NCBI RefSeq assembly: GCF_008065095.1
Contig: NZ_CP042911.1
Location: 1,950,001-1,982,000 of the forward strand
Reading direction: 5' to 3'
Length of the DNA stretch: 32,000 bases
Source of the DNA: Gemmata obscuriglobus
Lineage (GTDB): Bacteria > Planctomycetota > Planctomycetia > Gemmatales > Gemmataceae
The notes below the pieces were generated by a model, which saw only the letters and a program-made list of their open reading frames with translations, made no database searches and was not told the DNA's origin. Every line of letters starts with the position of its first letter. Positions within the stretch are counted from its first letter, which is position 1. Of this stretch, positions 1-8,545 are shown in pieces. Made by a program: the position numbers and the translations under genes.

Positions 1-67
1 CTGCGTCAGCAGGCGGGTGGCGCACACAAGTGACGAACTGGAAACGACTGGATTTGGTGTCCAAAGC

Positions 68-304
68 TCATGCGCGGTCGCGCAAGGCGGTGTGCCCGGC
101 GTGCTTCGCGCAGTTCGCACAACAGTAGATGACGCCGCCCTGTTCGACGCCGTGTCCCACGACCCGGCACCCGCAGTGCGAGCACTCGGGCGCCAGGGCG
201 TGAATCGCGCACTCGAACGAGTCGAACGTGTGCTCGCTGCCGTCGGTTTCCGTCACGGTGAACGCCTTATCGTACTCGTTGCCACACACTTCGCACTTCT
301 TCAT
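68..304 (-). CDS. small Cys/His-rich putative metal-binding protein (78 aa)
   Basis: This is the ORF 68..322. The second Met (MKKCEVCGNEYDKAF...) is preceded by a GAGGGG Shine-Dalgarno-like motif. The CxxC, CAIH, CSHCGC and CCANC spacing is typical of zinc-binding mini-proteins. Third codon positions are GC-rich. Confidence 0.6.
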   Translation of the reverse strand: MKKCEVCGNEYDKAFTVTETDGSEHTFDSFECAIHALAPECSHCGCRVVGHGVEQGGVIYCCANCAKHAGHTALRDRA

Positions 305-410
305 TGGTGCCCCTCGGTTCATGTCCGCTCATGCGGTGATGGTGTTCCCCTCCGCGCCGCAGGTAGTGCAAATAGCACGCCCATCTGATCGTGACGCACC
401 TATGCCGGGG

Positions 411-441
411 CAAAAAAGAAAACGCGGCCGAATGGCCGCGC
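411..441 (-). terminator. rho-independent terminator downstream of the Tyr/Gly-rich peptide gene
   Basis: The minus strand reads GCGCGGCC-ATTC-GGCCGCG followed by TTTTCTTTTTT. A GC stem is followed directly by a U-tract, about 20 nt after the stop at 461. Confidence 0.6.
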
Positions 442-460
442 TTCTGCTCGCACACACCGA

Positions 461-784
461 CTACCAGCGCCGGAACCCGCGATACCCGCCGTACCCGCTC
501 CGCCAACCGGCCCCGTATGCGCCATACGACGGATACGCGCGGTAGCCGGACCAACCCCATGTGGAGTATGGGTTCGACCAGCCGTAGGAGTACGTGCGGT
601 AACCAGGGTAGTTGTACGCGTAGTTGTAGGAGTAAGACGGGTACGAATAGTACCCCGCCGGGTATACATACGGGCTGCTGTTGATCGACGGGTACACGAC
701 CACCTGGGCGCTGGCCTTCGCCGGTTGCCCGGCCGTAACTGCGAGTGCGGCGACGACCGCCGCGGAGAAGAGTGACGTGCGCAT
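461..784 (-). CDS. secreted low-complexity Tyr/Gly-rich peptide (107 aa)
   Basis: An internal Met gives MRTSLFSAAVVAALAVTAGQPAKASA, a signal-peptide-like N-terminus. The mature part consists of YPSYSYNYAYNYPGYRTYSYGW-type repeats. A terminator lies just downstream. Confidence 0.55.
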   Translation of the reverse strand: MRTSLFSAAVVAALAVTAGQPAKASAQVVVYPSINSSPYVYPAGYYSYPSYSYNYAYNYPGYRTYSYGWSNPYSTWGWSGYRAYPSYGAYGAGWRSGYGGYRGFRRW

Positions 785-949
785 CGGATGCCCCTTTCGT
801 AGTCGAGCACAGGCGAGGGCGGACATCCGAACTGTTGAGCAAGTTGCGCGCCCGTCCGGTTGCTGAAACCGCCCCGGGGCCATACGTTGCAAGCAGTCCG
901 CCCGGTGCGGTTCAGTGAGCGTGCGCCCACAACGGCTGTGAGGACACCA

Positions 950-2365
950 ATGTCAGCCCCCGAGTGCGTCGTGGTCGGGTCCGGGCCGAACGGGTTGGCC
1001 GCGGCGGTCGCGCTCGCCCGGCAGGGTCGCTCGGTACTCGTCGTGGAAGGCGCGGACACGATCGGCGGCGGCACGCGGTCGGCCGCGCTCACGCTGCCCG
1101 GGTTCGTTCACGACATCTGCTCTGCCGTTCACCCGATGGCGGTCGTGTCCCCGTTCCTTCAGTCGCTGCCCCTTCACGAACACGGGCTGGAGTGGGTTCA
1201 CCCGGAAACGCCGTTCGCGCACCCGCTCGACAACGGAAGAGCGGCGGCCCTGGAGCGGTCCGTGGACGCAACGGCCGAAGGGGTAGGTGAGGACGCCCGC
1301 GCGTACCGGAAGCTGATGCAACCGCTCGCGGCCGGCGCAGCCAACCTGTTCGGGGACATGCTCGGCCCGTTCCGCATCCCCCGGCACCCGATCCTGGGAA
1401 TGCGGTTCGGACTGCGGGCGCTGTACTCCGGCAAGCGGCTGGCGGAAGCGTGGTTCCGAACGGACGGCGCGAAGGCGATCGTGGCGGGGTTGGCGGCGCA
1501 TGCGGTGCTGCCGCTGGAGCAGTCCCCGGGCGGGGCGGTCGCGCTGATGCTCGGGCTCGCGGGCCACGCGGCCGGGTGGCCGTTCCCGAAGGGCGGCGCG
1601 CAGAAGATCGCCGACGCCCTGGCTTCCTATCTGCGTTCACTCGGCGGGCGGATCGAAACCGGGCGGCCGGTGAAGTCGGTAGACGAGTTCGCCGGCGCGA
1701 AAGCGATCCTACTCGATGTCACACCGAAGCAAATTCTCGCCCTGGCGGGCCACAAGCTGCCGGCGCGCTACCGGCGGGCGCTCGAACGGTTCCGGTACGG
1801 CCCCGGGGTGTTCAAGTTAGACTGGGCGTTATCGGCGCCGATCCCGTGGTTGGCCGCCGAGTGCCGCCGCACCGGTACGGTCCACGTCGGCGGGACGCTC
1901 GAAGAAGTTGCCGCCGCGGAGGCCGCCCCCTGGAAGGGGGAGCACGCGGAAAAGCCCTTCGTGCTGGTCGCACAGCCGACGCCGTTCGACCCGACGCGCG
2001 CCCCCGAAGGTAAGCACGTGGCGTGGGGCTACTGCCACGTCCCCCACGGCTCCACGGTGGACATGACCGACCGCATCGAGGCGCAGATCGAGCGGTACGC
2101 CCCCGGCTTCCGGGACGTGATCCTCGCGCGGCACACGATGAACACGGCCGCGATGGAAGCGCACAACCCGAACTACATCGGCGGCGACATCGCCGGCGGC
2201 GTGGTGGACTGGTGGCAGCTCTTCACGCGCCCGGTGGCGCGGCTCAACCCGTACACCACCCCCGTGAAAGGGCTGTACATCTGCTCGTCCTCGACCCCAC
2301 CGGGCGGCGGCGTTCACGGCATGTGCGGGTACTTCGCGGCGCAAGCGGCTCTTCGCCGATTCTGA
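950..2365 (+). CDS. NAD(P)/FAD-dependent oxidoreductase, phytoene desaturase (CrtI)-like family
   Basis: The N-terminus has a Rossmann dinucleotide motif (VVVGSGPNGLAAAVALARQGRSVLVVE). The length of 471 aa fits the family. The ATG at 950 follows a GAGGA motif. The upstream part of the tracked ORF (860) lacks a ribosome-binding site. Confidence 0.8.
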   Translation: MSAPECVVVGSGPNGLAAAVALARQGRSVLVVEGADTIGGGTRSAALTLPGFVHDICSAVHPMAVVSPFLQSLPLHEHGLEWVHPETPFAHPLDNGRAAALERSVDATAEGVGEDARAYRKLMQPLAAGAANLFGDMLGPFRIPRHPILGMRFGLRALYSGKRLAEAWFRTDGAKAIVAGLAAHAVLPLEQSPGGAVALMLGLAGHAAGWPFPKGGAQKIADALASYLRSLGGRIETGRPVKSVDEFAGAKAILLDVTPKQILALAGHKLPARYRRALERFRYGPGVFKLDWALSAPIPWLAAECRRTGTVHVGGTLEEVAAAEAAPWKGEHAEKPFVLVAQPTPFDPTRAPEGKHVAWGYCHVPHGSTVDMTDRIEAQIERYAPGFRDVILARHTMNTAAMEAHNPNYIGGDIAGGVVDWWQLFTRPVARLNPYTTPVKGLYICSSSTPPGGGVHGMCGYFAAQAALRRF

Positions 2366-2414
2366 ACCGGCGCGCCCCACCGTTCCGCACCACTCACCGA
2401 CCACGGGCGGCCCG

Positions 2415-3785
2415 ATGACCTCTCAACCCCGAACCTTCACCGACGTCGGCTGCACCGTGTGCGGGTGCGTGTGCGACGACCTCGCGGTCACCGTTGCCGG
2501 CGGCCGCGTGGTCGAAGCGAAGGGCGCGTGCCGGCTCGCGGACCCGTGGTTCCGCGCGCAAAACAGCGCGGCCCCGCCCGCGGCGCTGCTGGACGGTCGG
2601 CCGAGCGACCCGGGCGCCGCGTTCGCGCGCGCCGCCGAACTGCTCAAGGCCGCGCGGTACCCGCTGATCTATGGGTTGTCGCGCAGCACGACCGAGGGGC
2701 AGCGCGCCGCGGCGGCGCTCGCGGACCGGCTCGGCGCGACCATCGACACCACCGCCAGCACCGGGCACGCGCCGTCGATCATGGCGCTTCAGCAGGTGGG
2801 CGAATCGACGTGCACGCTCGGGGAGGTGAAGAACCGGGCGGACCTCGTCGTGTTCTGGGGCAGCGACCCGGCGGTGACGCACCCGCGCCACCTGGAGCGG
2901 TACGCGGCCGACCCGGTGGGCCGGTGGGTTCCGGGCGGGCGTTCGGGGCGCGTGGTGGTCGTTGTGGACGAGCAGGAGACGGAAACCGCGAAACTCGCGG
3001 ACTTGTTCGTGCAGATCCCCGCGGCGCAGAACTGGGAGGCGCTGTGGGAACTGCGGATGCGGATGCGTGAAGGCAACCCACCTCCCGGCCCCCTTCCTGA
3101 AGGGAGGGGGAGAGAGGACGCGCCTGAAATGGCTCGCGCGGCGAACGCGGTTGGCGGTTCCGACGAACTCCCCCGCACTGAAAGCAGGGGGCCGGGGGGC
3201 GGGGTGTCTTCACTCGCTCGCGCGATCGCGGCTGCGGAATGCGGCGTGTTCTTCTTCGGCGCCGGCGTCACGCGCGGTAGGCAGGCCCACCGGACCGTCG
3301 AAGCGCTGCTGCAACTGGTCACCGACCTGAACGACCGCGGCCGGTTCTACGCGCGACGGATGCGCCGCTTCGGCGACGTGGCGGGCGCGGACTCGGTGCT
3401 CGCGTGGCAGACCGGCTACCCGTTCGGGGTGAACCTGAGCCGCGGGTACCCGCGGTACAACCCCGGCGAGTTCACCGGCCCCGAAATGCTCGCCCGCGGC
3501 GAGCCCGATTTGTGCCTCTTGATTGGCAGCGAAACCGTTGCGGACTTCCCGCCCGAATCCCTGGAGCACCTCAAGCGCATCCCGGTGATCGTACTCGACC
3601 CGCCGGAAGCCGAGCCGCCGGTGCCGGCCGCGGTGCGGTTCACGACGGCGGTGTACGGCGTCCACCGCCCCGGAACCGCGTACCGGATGGACGAGGTGCC
3701 GGTCCCGCTCCGGGTGCTGCTCCCGACCGACTACCCGAGCGACGCCGAGGTGCTGAACGAACTGCTGGGCCGGGTCGCCGGTTAG
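2415..3785 (+). CDS. fhcB: formylmethanofuran dehydrogenase subunit B-like protein (FwdB/FhcB family)
   Basis: The N-terminal CTVCGCVCDDL...GACRLADPWF pattern matches the characteristic FwdB/FhcB motif (C-x-x-C-G-x-x-C-D-D ... A-C-R). It is a 456-aa ORF with strong GC3 bias. It carries an extra 44-codon low-complexity block, listed as a separate feature. Confidence 0.7.
   Translation: MTSQPRTFTDVGCTVCGCVCDDLAVTVAGGRVVEAKGACRLADPWFRAQNSAAPPAALLDGRPSDPGAAFARAAELLKAARYPLIYGLSRSTTEGQRAAAALADRLGATIDTTASTGHAPSIMALQQVGESTCTLGEVKNRADLVVFWGSDPAVTHPRHLERYAADPVGRWVPGGRSGRVVVVVDEQETETAKLADLFVQIPAAQNWEALWELRMRMREGNPPPGPLPEGRGREDAPEMARAANAVGGSDELPRTESRGPGGGVSSLARAIAAAECGVFFFGAGVTRGRQAHRTVEALLQLVTDLNDRGRFYARRMRRFGDVAGADSVLAWQTGYPFGVNLSRGYPRYNPGEFTGPEMLARGEPDLCLLIGSETVADFPPESLEHLKRIPVIVLDPPEAEPPVPAAVRFTTAVYGVHRPGTAYRMDEVPVPLRVLLPTDYPSDAEVLNELLGRVAG
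3075..3206. repeat. 132-bp inverted-repeat (MITE/REP-like) element inserted in frame in the fhcB-like CDS
   Basis: The arm at 3075-3112 (caacccacctcccggcccccttcctgaagggagggggag) is close to the reverse complement of the arm at 3168-3206 (ctcccccgcactgaaagcagggggccggggggcggggtg). Each arm is itself a small hairpin. The element translates to the Pro/Gly-rich NPPPGPLPEGRGRE...SRGPGGGV. Confidence 0.5.
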
Positions 3786-3801
3786 TCCGAACGACCGTGC
3801 G

Positions 3802-4200
3802 TTATTTCGCGGGCAGCTCGAACGTCACCCCGGGGAGCTTCACGTACACGTCGCCCGCGACCAGATCGGCTGCCTTCTTGTAACCGGGGCGCACCTTGAT
3901 CGTGTCCCCTTTCTTGAACTGATCGCCTTGCTTCAGCTTTACGTCTTGAAGGAAGATCCCGTTCGTGGGGTGGGCGAACAACTCGACCGCCACCGCCCCG
4001 TCCCCGATGTACACGCGCGGCGCCTCGACGGCCCCGTCTTTCGCCTTCAGCTCGACGGTGAATTGGGGGCTCCGCTCGACGTAGGACAGCGTCACGTCCT
4101 CGTTCGGGAGCGTCACCTGAACCACGCGCGCGTCGGTCACATCGGCGAGCGCCGAAACGCTGAGGACCGCAACCGCGGCTGCCGAAATCAAAAGACGCAT
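3802..4200 (-). CDS. small secreted hypothetical protein (132 aa)
   Basis: The N-terminus MRLLISAAAVAVLSVSALA looks like a signal peptide. The beta-rich composition looks coding. The gene is convergent with the fhcB-like gene. Confidence 0.65.
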   Translation of the reverse strand: MRLLISAAAVAVLSVSALADVTDARVVQVTLPNEDVTLSYVERSPQFTVELKAKDGAVEAPRVYIGDGAVAVELFAHPTNGIFLQDVKLKQGDQFKKGDTIKVRPGYKKAADLVAGDVYVKLPGVTFELPAK

Positions 4201-4300
4201 GGGCTCCTCCTCCGAAAGTGTTTACCTGCGATTCGGGCGCCGGACGCCGGTATTTTCGAGCGAGCGGCGCCGGCACTCCCACCCGGACAGCGGTTCTGGT

Positions 4301-5458
4301 ATGTTCACCACCAGCACCCACCCCGGAACGCCAACCATGCACCCAGCTTACCAGCTCTCCGACCAGGCCACGATCTTCAGCCCGGCGCTCGTGTTCTTCC
4401 CGGCGCTCATCAAGCAGAACATCAATCGCGTGGTCGAGATGGCCGGCGGCCCCGCCCGGCTGCGCCCGCACGTCAAAACGCACAAGACGGTCGAAATCGT
4501 CAAACTGCTCCTTGAGGCCGGCGTCACGAAGCACAAGTGCGCGACCATCGCCGAGGCGGAGATGCTGGCGCACGCGGGCGCGCCCGACGTGCTGATCGCG
4601 TACCCGCTGGTCGGACCGAACATTCAGCGGGCCTGCGAGCTGATTCGGAAGTACCCCGGCACCACCTTCTCGGCGCTCATCGACGACGCCACCGCCACCC
4701 GCGCGCTGTCCGCGACGATGGCCGCCGCGGGCCGGACGATCGGGGTGGTCCTCGACCTCGACGTGGGCCAGCACCGCACTGGGATCGCGGTCGGCCCCGG
4801 CGCGCTGGCGCTGTACGAACTCGCGGGCCAGCTCCCGGGGCTGCGCCTCGACGGCTTCCAGCTCTACGACGGCCACAACAGCCAGCCCGACCGCGCCGAG
4901 CGCGAGCAGGCGGTTCGCGCGTTCATCAAGCCGGTGCTCGACCTGCGCGCCGCCGCCGAAGCGAAAGGGCTACCGGTGCCGCGGCTGGTGTGCGGCGGCA
5001 CGCCGAGCTTCCCGGTGTACGCCGCGATGACCGACGTGCCGGGGATCGAGTGCTCGCCGGGGACGTTCGTGCTGCACGACGCCGGGTACGGCCCCAAGTA
5101 CGCGGACCTCGCCGGGATCACCCCCGCCGCGGTGCTGGTCACGCGCGTCATCAGCCGACCCACCCCGAACCGCGTCACGCTCGACCTCGGGAACAAGGCC
5201 GTGGCCGCGGACCCGCTGCTGGAGAAGCGGGTCACGCTGCTCGACTTCCCCGAGTACAAGACGGTGGGCCACAACGAGGAGCACCTCATCGTGGAAACCG
5301 CCGGCGCCGACGCCTACAAGCCGGGCGACGTGGTGTACGCGCTCCCGGGCCACATCTGCCCGACGGTCGCCCTGCACCACCACGTCCTCGTGGCCGAGGG
5401 CGGGAAGGTGGTGGGCAAGTGGGACGTGGCCTCGCGCGTGCGAACGCTGACGGTATAG
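4301..5458 (+). CDS. D-TA family PLP-dependent enzyme (D-threonine aldolase / D-serine dehydratase-like, alanine racemase N-terminal fold)
   Basis: It contains the conserved RPHVKTHKT PLP-lysine motif and family-typical FSPALVFFPALIKQNI and GHICPTVALH segments. The start could be the ATG at 4301 or 4337. The tracked start at 4199 would overlap the divergent gene. Confidence 0.8.
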   Translation: MFTTSTHPGTPTMHPAYQLSDQATIFSPALVFFPALIKQNINRVVEMAGGPARLRPHVKTHKTVEIVKLLLEAGVTKHKCATIAEAEMLAHAGAPDVLIAYPLVGPNIQRACELIRKYPGTTFSALIDDATATRALSATMAAAGRTIGVVLDLDVGQHRTGIAVGPGALALYELAGQLPGLRLDGFQLYDGHNSQPDRAEREQAVRAFIKPVLDLRAAAEAKGLPVPRLVCGGTPSFPVYAAMTDVPGIECSPGTFVLHDAGYGPKYADLAGITPAAVLVTRVISRPTPNRVTLDLGNKAVAADPLLEKRVTLLDFPEYKTVGHNEEHLIVETAGADAYKPGDVVYALPGHICPTVALHHHVLVAEGGKVVGKWDVASRVRTLTV

Positions 5459-5731
5459 TGCACTGGAATCAATATTGTGTAATATATTAAGATTGTTAAT
5501 TTGTCGCAGCGGGTCGTGATCTGACACGTTCCCTTGCCTAACTCACGAAGGTCGCATGTCCGGTTTCGCGCTCGTCGCCGCTGCCGGCGTGCCCGCCCTT
5601 CCGTGTGAGTACCACATTGACTTTGCCGGCTGCCCCCCGCGGCAAATCTGCGGTCGGGCGAAGAGAAGCGCGAACCTCCAGCGATGGGCGCGTGTCGGGA
5701 TGTGATGCCCGATACCCGATCGGAGTTCGCG

Positions 5732-6214
5732 ATGATCCGACCGACCACGACCGACGATGTTGCCGCGATCCTGGCCCTGGCCGTATCGTCCGGACTGTTC
5801 CCGCCCGACGCGACCGACGAAGTCGGGGCCGTCCTGGCCGCGAGCCTCGCGGGCGAGAACGGCCCCGACCACGTGTGGCTGACCGACGACGACGGAGGGC
5901 CGGTCGGGGTGGCGTACTACGCCCCCGAGCGGCTGACCGAAGGGACGTGGAACCTGTACATGCTCGCCGTTCACCCCGACCGCCAGAGGCAAGGGCGGGG
6001 GGCGGCCCTGGTGCGGCACGTCGAGCACGCGCTGGCCGCCCGCGGGGCGCGGCTGCTGCTGATCGAGACGTCCGGGCTGGGGAGCTTCGAACAGACGCGG
6101 GCGTTCTATCGAGCGATAGGGTATGATGAGGAGGCCCGCATTCGCGAGTTCTACAAGGCGGGCGACGACAAGGTGGTGTTCCGCAAACTGCTGGGGTCGC
6201 CAAGGCACACCTGA
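5732..6214 (+). CDS. GNAT family N-acetyltransferase
   Basis: It has the acetyl-CoA binding motif (LAVHPDRQRQGRGAALV) and a typical C-terminus (AFYRAIGYDEEARIREFY). The ATG at 5732 lies 7 nt after a GGAG. Confidence 0.8.
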   Translation: MIRPTTTDDVAAILALAVSSGLFPPDATDEVGAVLAASLAGENGPDHVWLTDDDGGPVGVAYYAPERLTEGTWNLYMLAVHPDRQRQGRGAALVRHVEHALAARGARLLLIETSGLGSFEQTRAFYRAIGYDEEARIREFYKAGDDKVVFRKLLGSPRHT

Positions 6215-6473
6215 CCCGGCTACGCGGTCTGCTGACATCGCTCCCTGCGGCGTGGTCGGGCCGGAGAGCTGGGTCAGTTTGTGTCCCTTGACATCGCACC
6301 GCGAGCCATTTGCACCCGTGGCCATTTCTCGCCCAGCGACGGCCACCGTTTGACCATTCCCCCGGCCCCCGTTTGCGCGTACCCTGGCGGTGAGCCGGGG
6401 TTCGCGTTGCGCCTGAGCGCGCGCCCGGGTTGCACCTCGCCGCGCTCCCGCATTGCTTCAACGGAGGGTCCGC

Positions 6474-7634
6474 ATGTCGCAGTTGAACCGCCGCGAATGG
6501 CTCAAGGCCGCCGCCGTCGCGCCCGTCGTGGCTACGGTCTCGGGGGGACTGGCCCTCTCGACCGCCGGCGCCGCCCCCGGCGCCGACGACCTCAAGGCCG
6601 TTGTTGACAAGGCACTCGGCTTTCTGAAGACGGCCCAGAAGGACGACGGGCACTTCTTCGGGCCGATGGGGCCGGTCCCCCAGGCCGAACCGGGACTGAC
6701 CGCGCTCATCGCCGCGGCGCTCGTGCGGGCCGGCGTCCCGGCCGACAACCCGGTGGTCGCGAAGGCCGTCGGGTTCCTCGAAAAGCACGTGCAGAAGGAC
6801 GGCGGGGTGTACATCCGGGGCATGTCGAACTACATGACGTGCCTCGCCATCGTCACATTCAAGGAGATGAACGCCGGGGGCAAGTACGACAAGGTGCTTG
6901 AAGCCGCCGGGAAGTACGTGAAGACCCTCCAGTTCGGCGACGGGCTCACCCCGGACGACCCGAACTTCGGCGGCGCCGGGTACGACAAGCCCGGCACCCG
7001 CGGCGGCCCGGACCTGTCGAACACGCACTTCATGGTCGAGGCGCTCCTGGCCGCCGGCGTGCCGAAGGACGACCCGGCCGTCAAGAACGCGGTGACCTAC
7101 ATCAGCCGGTGCCAGAACCTGGAGAGCGAGTTCAACAAGCAGGAGTTCGCGAAGAAAGCCGACGACGACACCCGCGGCGGGTTCGTGTACAACCCGAGCG
7201 CGTTCAAGGACCCGAAGAGCGACAAGCGCACCGACGCCGGCGGGCTGCGGAGCGAGGGCGGCATGACCTACGCCGGGCTGAAGAGCTTCCTGTACGCCGG
7301 CGTCGGTAAAGACGACAAGCGCGTGCAAGCCGCGGTCGCGTGGATCCGCAAGAACTACACGGTGTCGGCCAACCCTGGCATGAAAGAAAAGGACAGCGGG
7401 CTGTTCTACTATTACCACACGTTCGCGAAGGCGATGGACGCGCTGGGTGAGGACAAGTTCAAGGACGCCAAGGGGGCCGAGCACGACTGGCGGCAGGAGC
7501 TGTTCGACGAGCTGAAGGGTAAGCAGAAGGCGAACGGGAGCTGGGCCAACACGAACCGGGCGTTCCTCGAAACGGAACCGGCGCTGGCCACGGCGTTCGC
7601 AGTGCTGGCGCTCAGCTACTGCAAGAAGAAGTGA
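6474..7634 (+). CDS. Tat-signal prenyltransferase/squalene-oxidase-repeat (alpha-alpha toroid) protein
   Basis: MSQLNRREWLKAAAVAPV is a twin-arginine-type signal. Repeated GG..Y / QxxDGG-like units resemble terpenoid-cyclase/prenyltransferase repeats. A GGAGGG ribosome-binding site lies before the ATG at 6474. Confidence 0.65.
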   Translation: MSQLNRREWLKAAAVAPVVATVSGGLALSTAGAAPGADDLKAVVDKALGFLKTAQKDDGHFFGPMGPVPQAEPGLTALIAAALVRAGVPADNPVVAKAVGFLEKHVQKDGGVYIRGMSNYMTCLAIVTFKEMNAGGKYDKVLEAAGKYVKTLQFGDGLTPDDPNFGGAGYDKPGTRGGPDLSNTHFMVEALLAAGVPKDDPAVKNAVTYISRCQNLESEFNKQEFAKKADDDTRGGFVYNPSAFKDPKSDKRTDAGGLRSEGGMTYAGLKSFLYAGVGKDDKRVQAAVAWIRKNYTVSANPGMKEKDSGLFYYYHTFAKAMDALGEDKFKDAKGAEHDWRQELFDELKGKQKANGSWANTNRAFLETEPALATAFAVLALSYCKKK

Positions 7635-7682
7635 ACCTGCGGGGCTTCGAAGAACCGGCGGCAGAATGGACGGACGGCCGCA

Positions 7683-7895
7683 GCTTCGTTCCGGCCTACG
7701 CGGGCTTCATGTTTACGAAGAAGATTTTTGACAGGATGAACAGGATTCACCGGATGAAGACCAATTAATTCTAAATCCGGTGAATCCTGTTGATCCTGTC
7801 AGATCTTCTCCGCCCAGCCATCGAGTGTTGGTCCTACCTGTCGTCCCGGCAGCCGCAATGCCACCCCAAGCGGGGCTCATTCTGCTACCAGCTCT
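7683..7895 (+). repeat. dispersed ~220-bp repeat, copy 0, containing a 28-bp-arm palindrome (arms 7728-7755 / 7775-7801)
   Basis: The left flank ttacgaagaagattttTGACAGGATgaACAGGATtcACCGGAT, the loop, the mirrored right arm, and the right-flank block agcggggctcattctgc all match the copies at 17331-17810. Confidence 0.65.
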
Positions 7896-7899
7896 AACA

Positions 7900-8013
7900 C
7901 CTGGGACCGCGGGCGTCCCGCCCGCCCGGCTCCGCGTGAGCAGTTGGCTGGCGAATCAACGCCAACCGACACCACTCACGAAGCCGGGCGGGCGGGACGC
8001 CCGCGGTCCCAGG
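7900..8013. repeat. 114-bp GC-rich hairpin with perfect 32-bp arms
   Basis: 7900-7931 (cctgggaccgcgggcgtcccgcccgcccggct) is the exact reverse complement of 7982-8013. The 50-nt interior adds further pairing (cgtgag/ctcacg, gttggc/gccaac). Confidence 0.75.
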
Positions 8014-8048
8014 GACCGAACCAAAAGTTTCGTCCGCACCCGGAAGGG

Positions 8049-8246
8049 TCAGAAACCCATCGCCGGGCCGTCTTCCGCGGGGACGGTCGCGGCCCGCACC
8101 TTGCGGCCCCGGCGCGAACGCATCTCGTCACGCGGCTCGGCCGCAAGCACCGCCGACCGCCGCGCCGCGGCCTCCCGGGCCGCCTCGTCGGCCGTCAGGC
8201 AGGGGTCCAGCAACAGCAGCGTCAGCACGTCCAGTTCGTGGTTCAT
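8049..8246 (-). CDS. hypothetical small protein (65 aa)
   Basis: AAGGAAG lies 6 nt upstream of the ATG. Third codon positions are GC-rich. I recognise no family. Confidence 0.4.
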   Translation of the reverse strand: MNHELDVLTLLLLDPCLTADEAAREAAARRSAVLAAEPRDEMRSRRGRKVRAATVPAEDGPAMGF

Positions 8247-8383
8247 GGCGTCTTCCTTGTGTGTGGCCCGGCGCTTCCCGTGTGGTGTTAACCCGGAACG
8301 TCGGCCGGGGTCCCAGTTGCGCCTGCTCCTTTTACAATCACTTTCTGTACTTTATACACATTCGTACACTAGGCACGAATAAC

Positions 8384-8545
8384 TTACACCGCGATCGAGC
8401 CGGGCAAATCGACGCCGCCGAGGTCGAGCCACCAGTCGCCGTCGTCCGGACTTGCGTCGATGGTGTTGTCGATGAAGAAGCGGGGCGCCGAAACGTCTGC
8501 CTGGGTGGATTGAACCGGTTCGGAGAGGTTGATAAGTGGGGTCAT
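8384..8545 (-). CDS. possible small acidic protein (53 aa, below the ORF-track cutoff)
   Basis: My own translation is MTPLINLSEPVQSTQADVSAPRFFIDNTIDASPDDGDWWLDLGGVDLPGSIAV. GC3 is reasonable. The ribosome-binding site is weak. Confidence 0.25.
   Translation of the reverse strand: MTPLINLSEPVQSTQADVSAPRFFIDNTIDASPDDGDWWLDLGGVDLPGSIAV

Noticed and set aside
5538-7484. A 648-aa minus-strand ORF spans the GNAT and prenyltransferase-repeat genes.
   Set aside because: Its composition is Arg/Gly/Pro/Ala-rich and typical of antisense frames in high-GC DNA. It has no motifs, and the opposite strand carries two well-supported genes.
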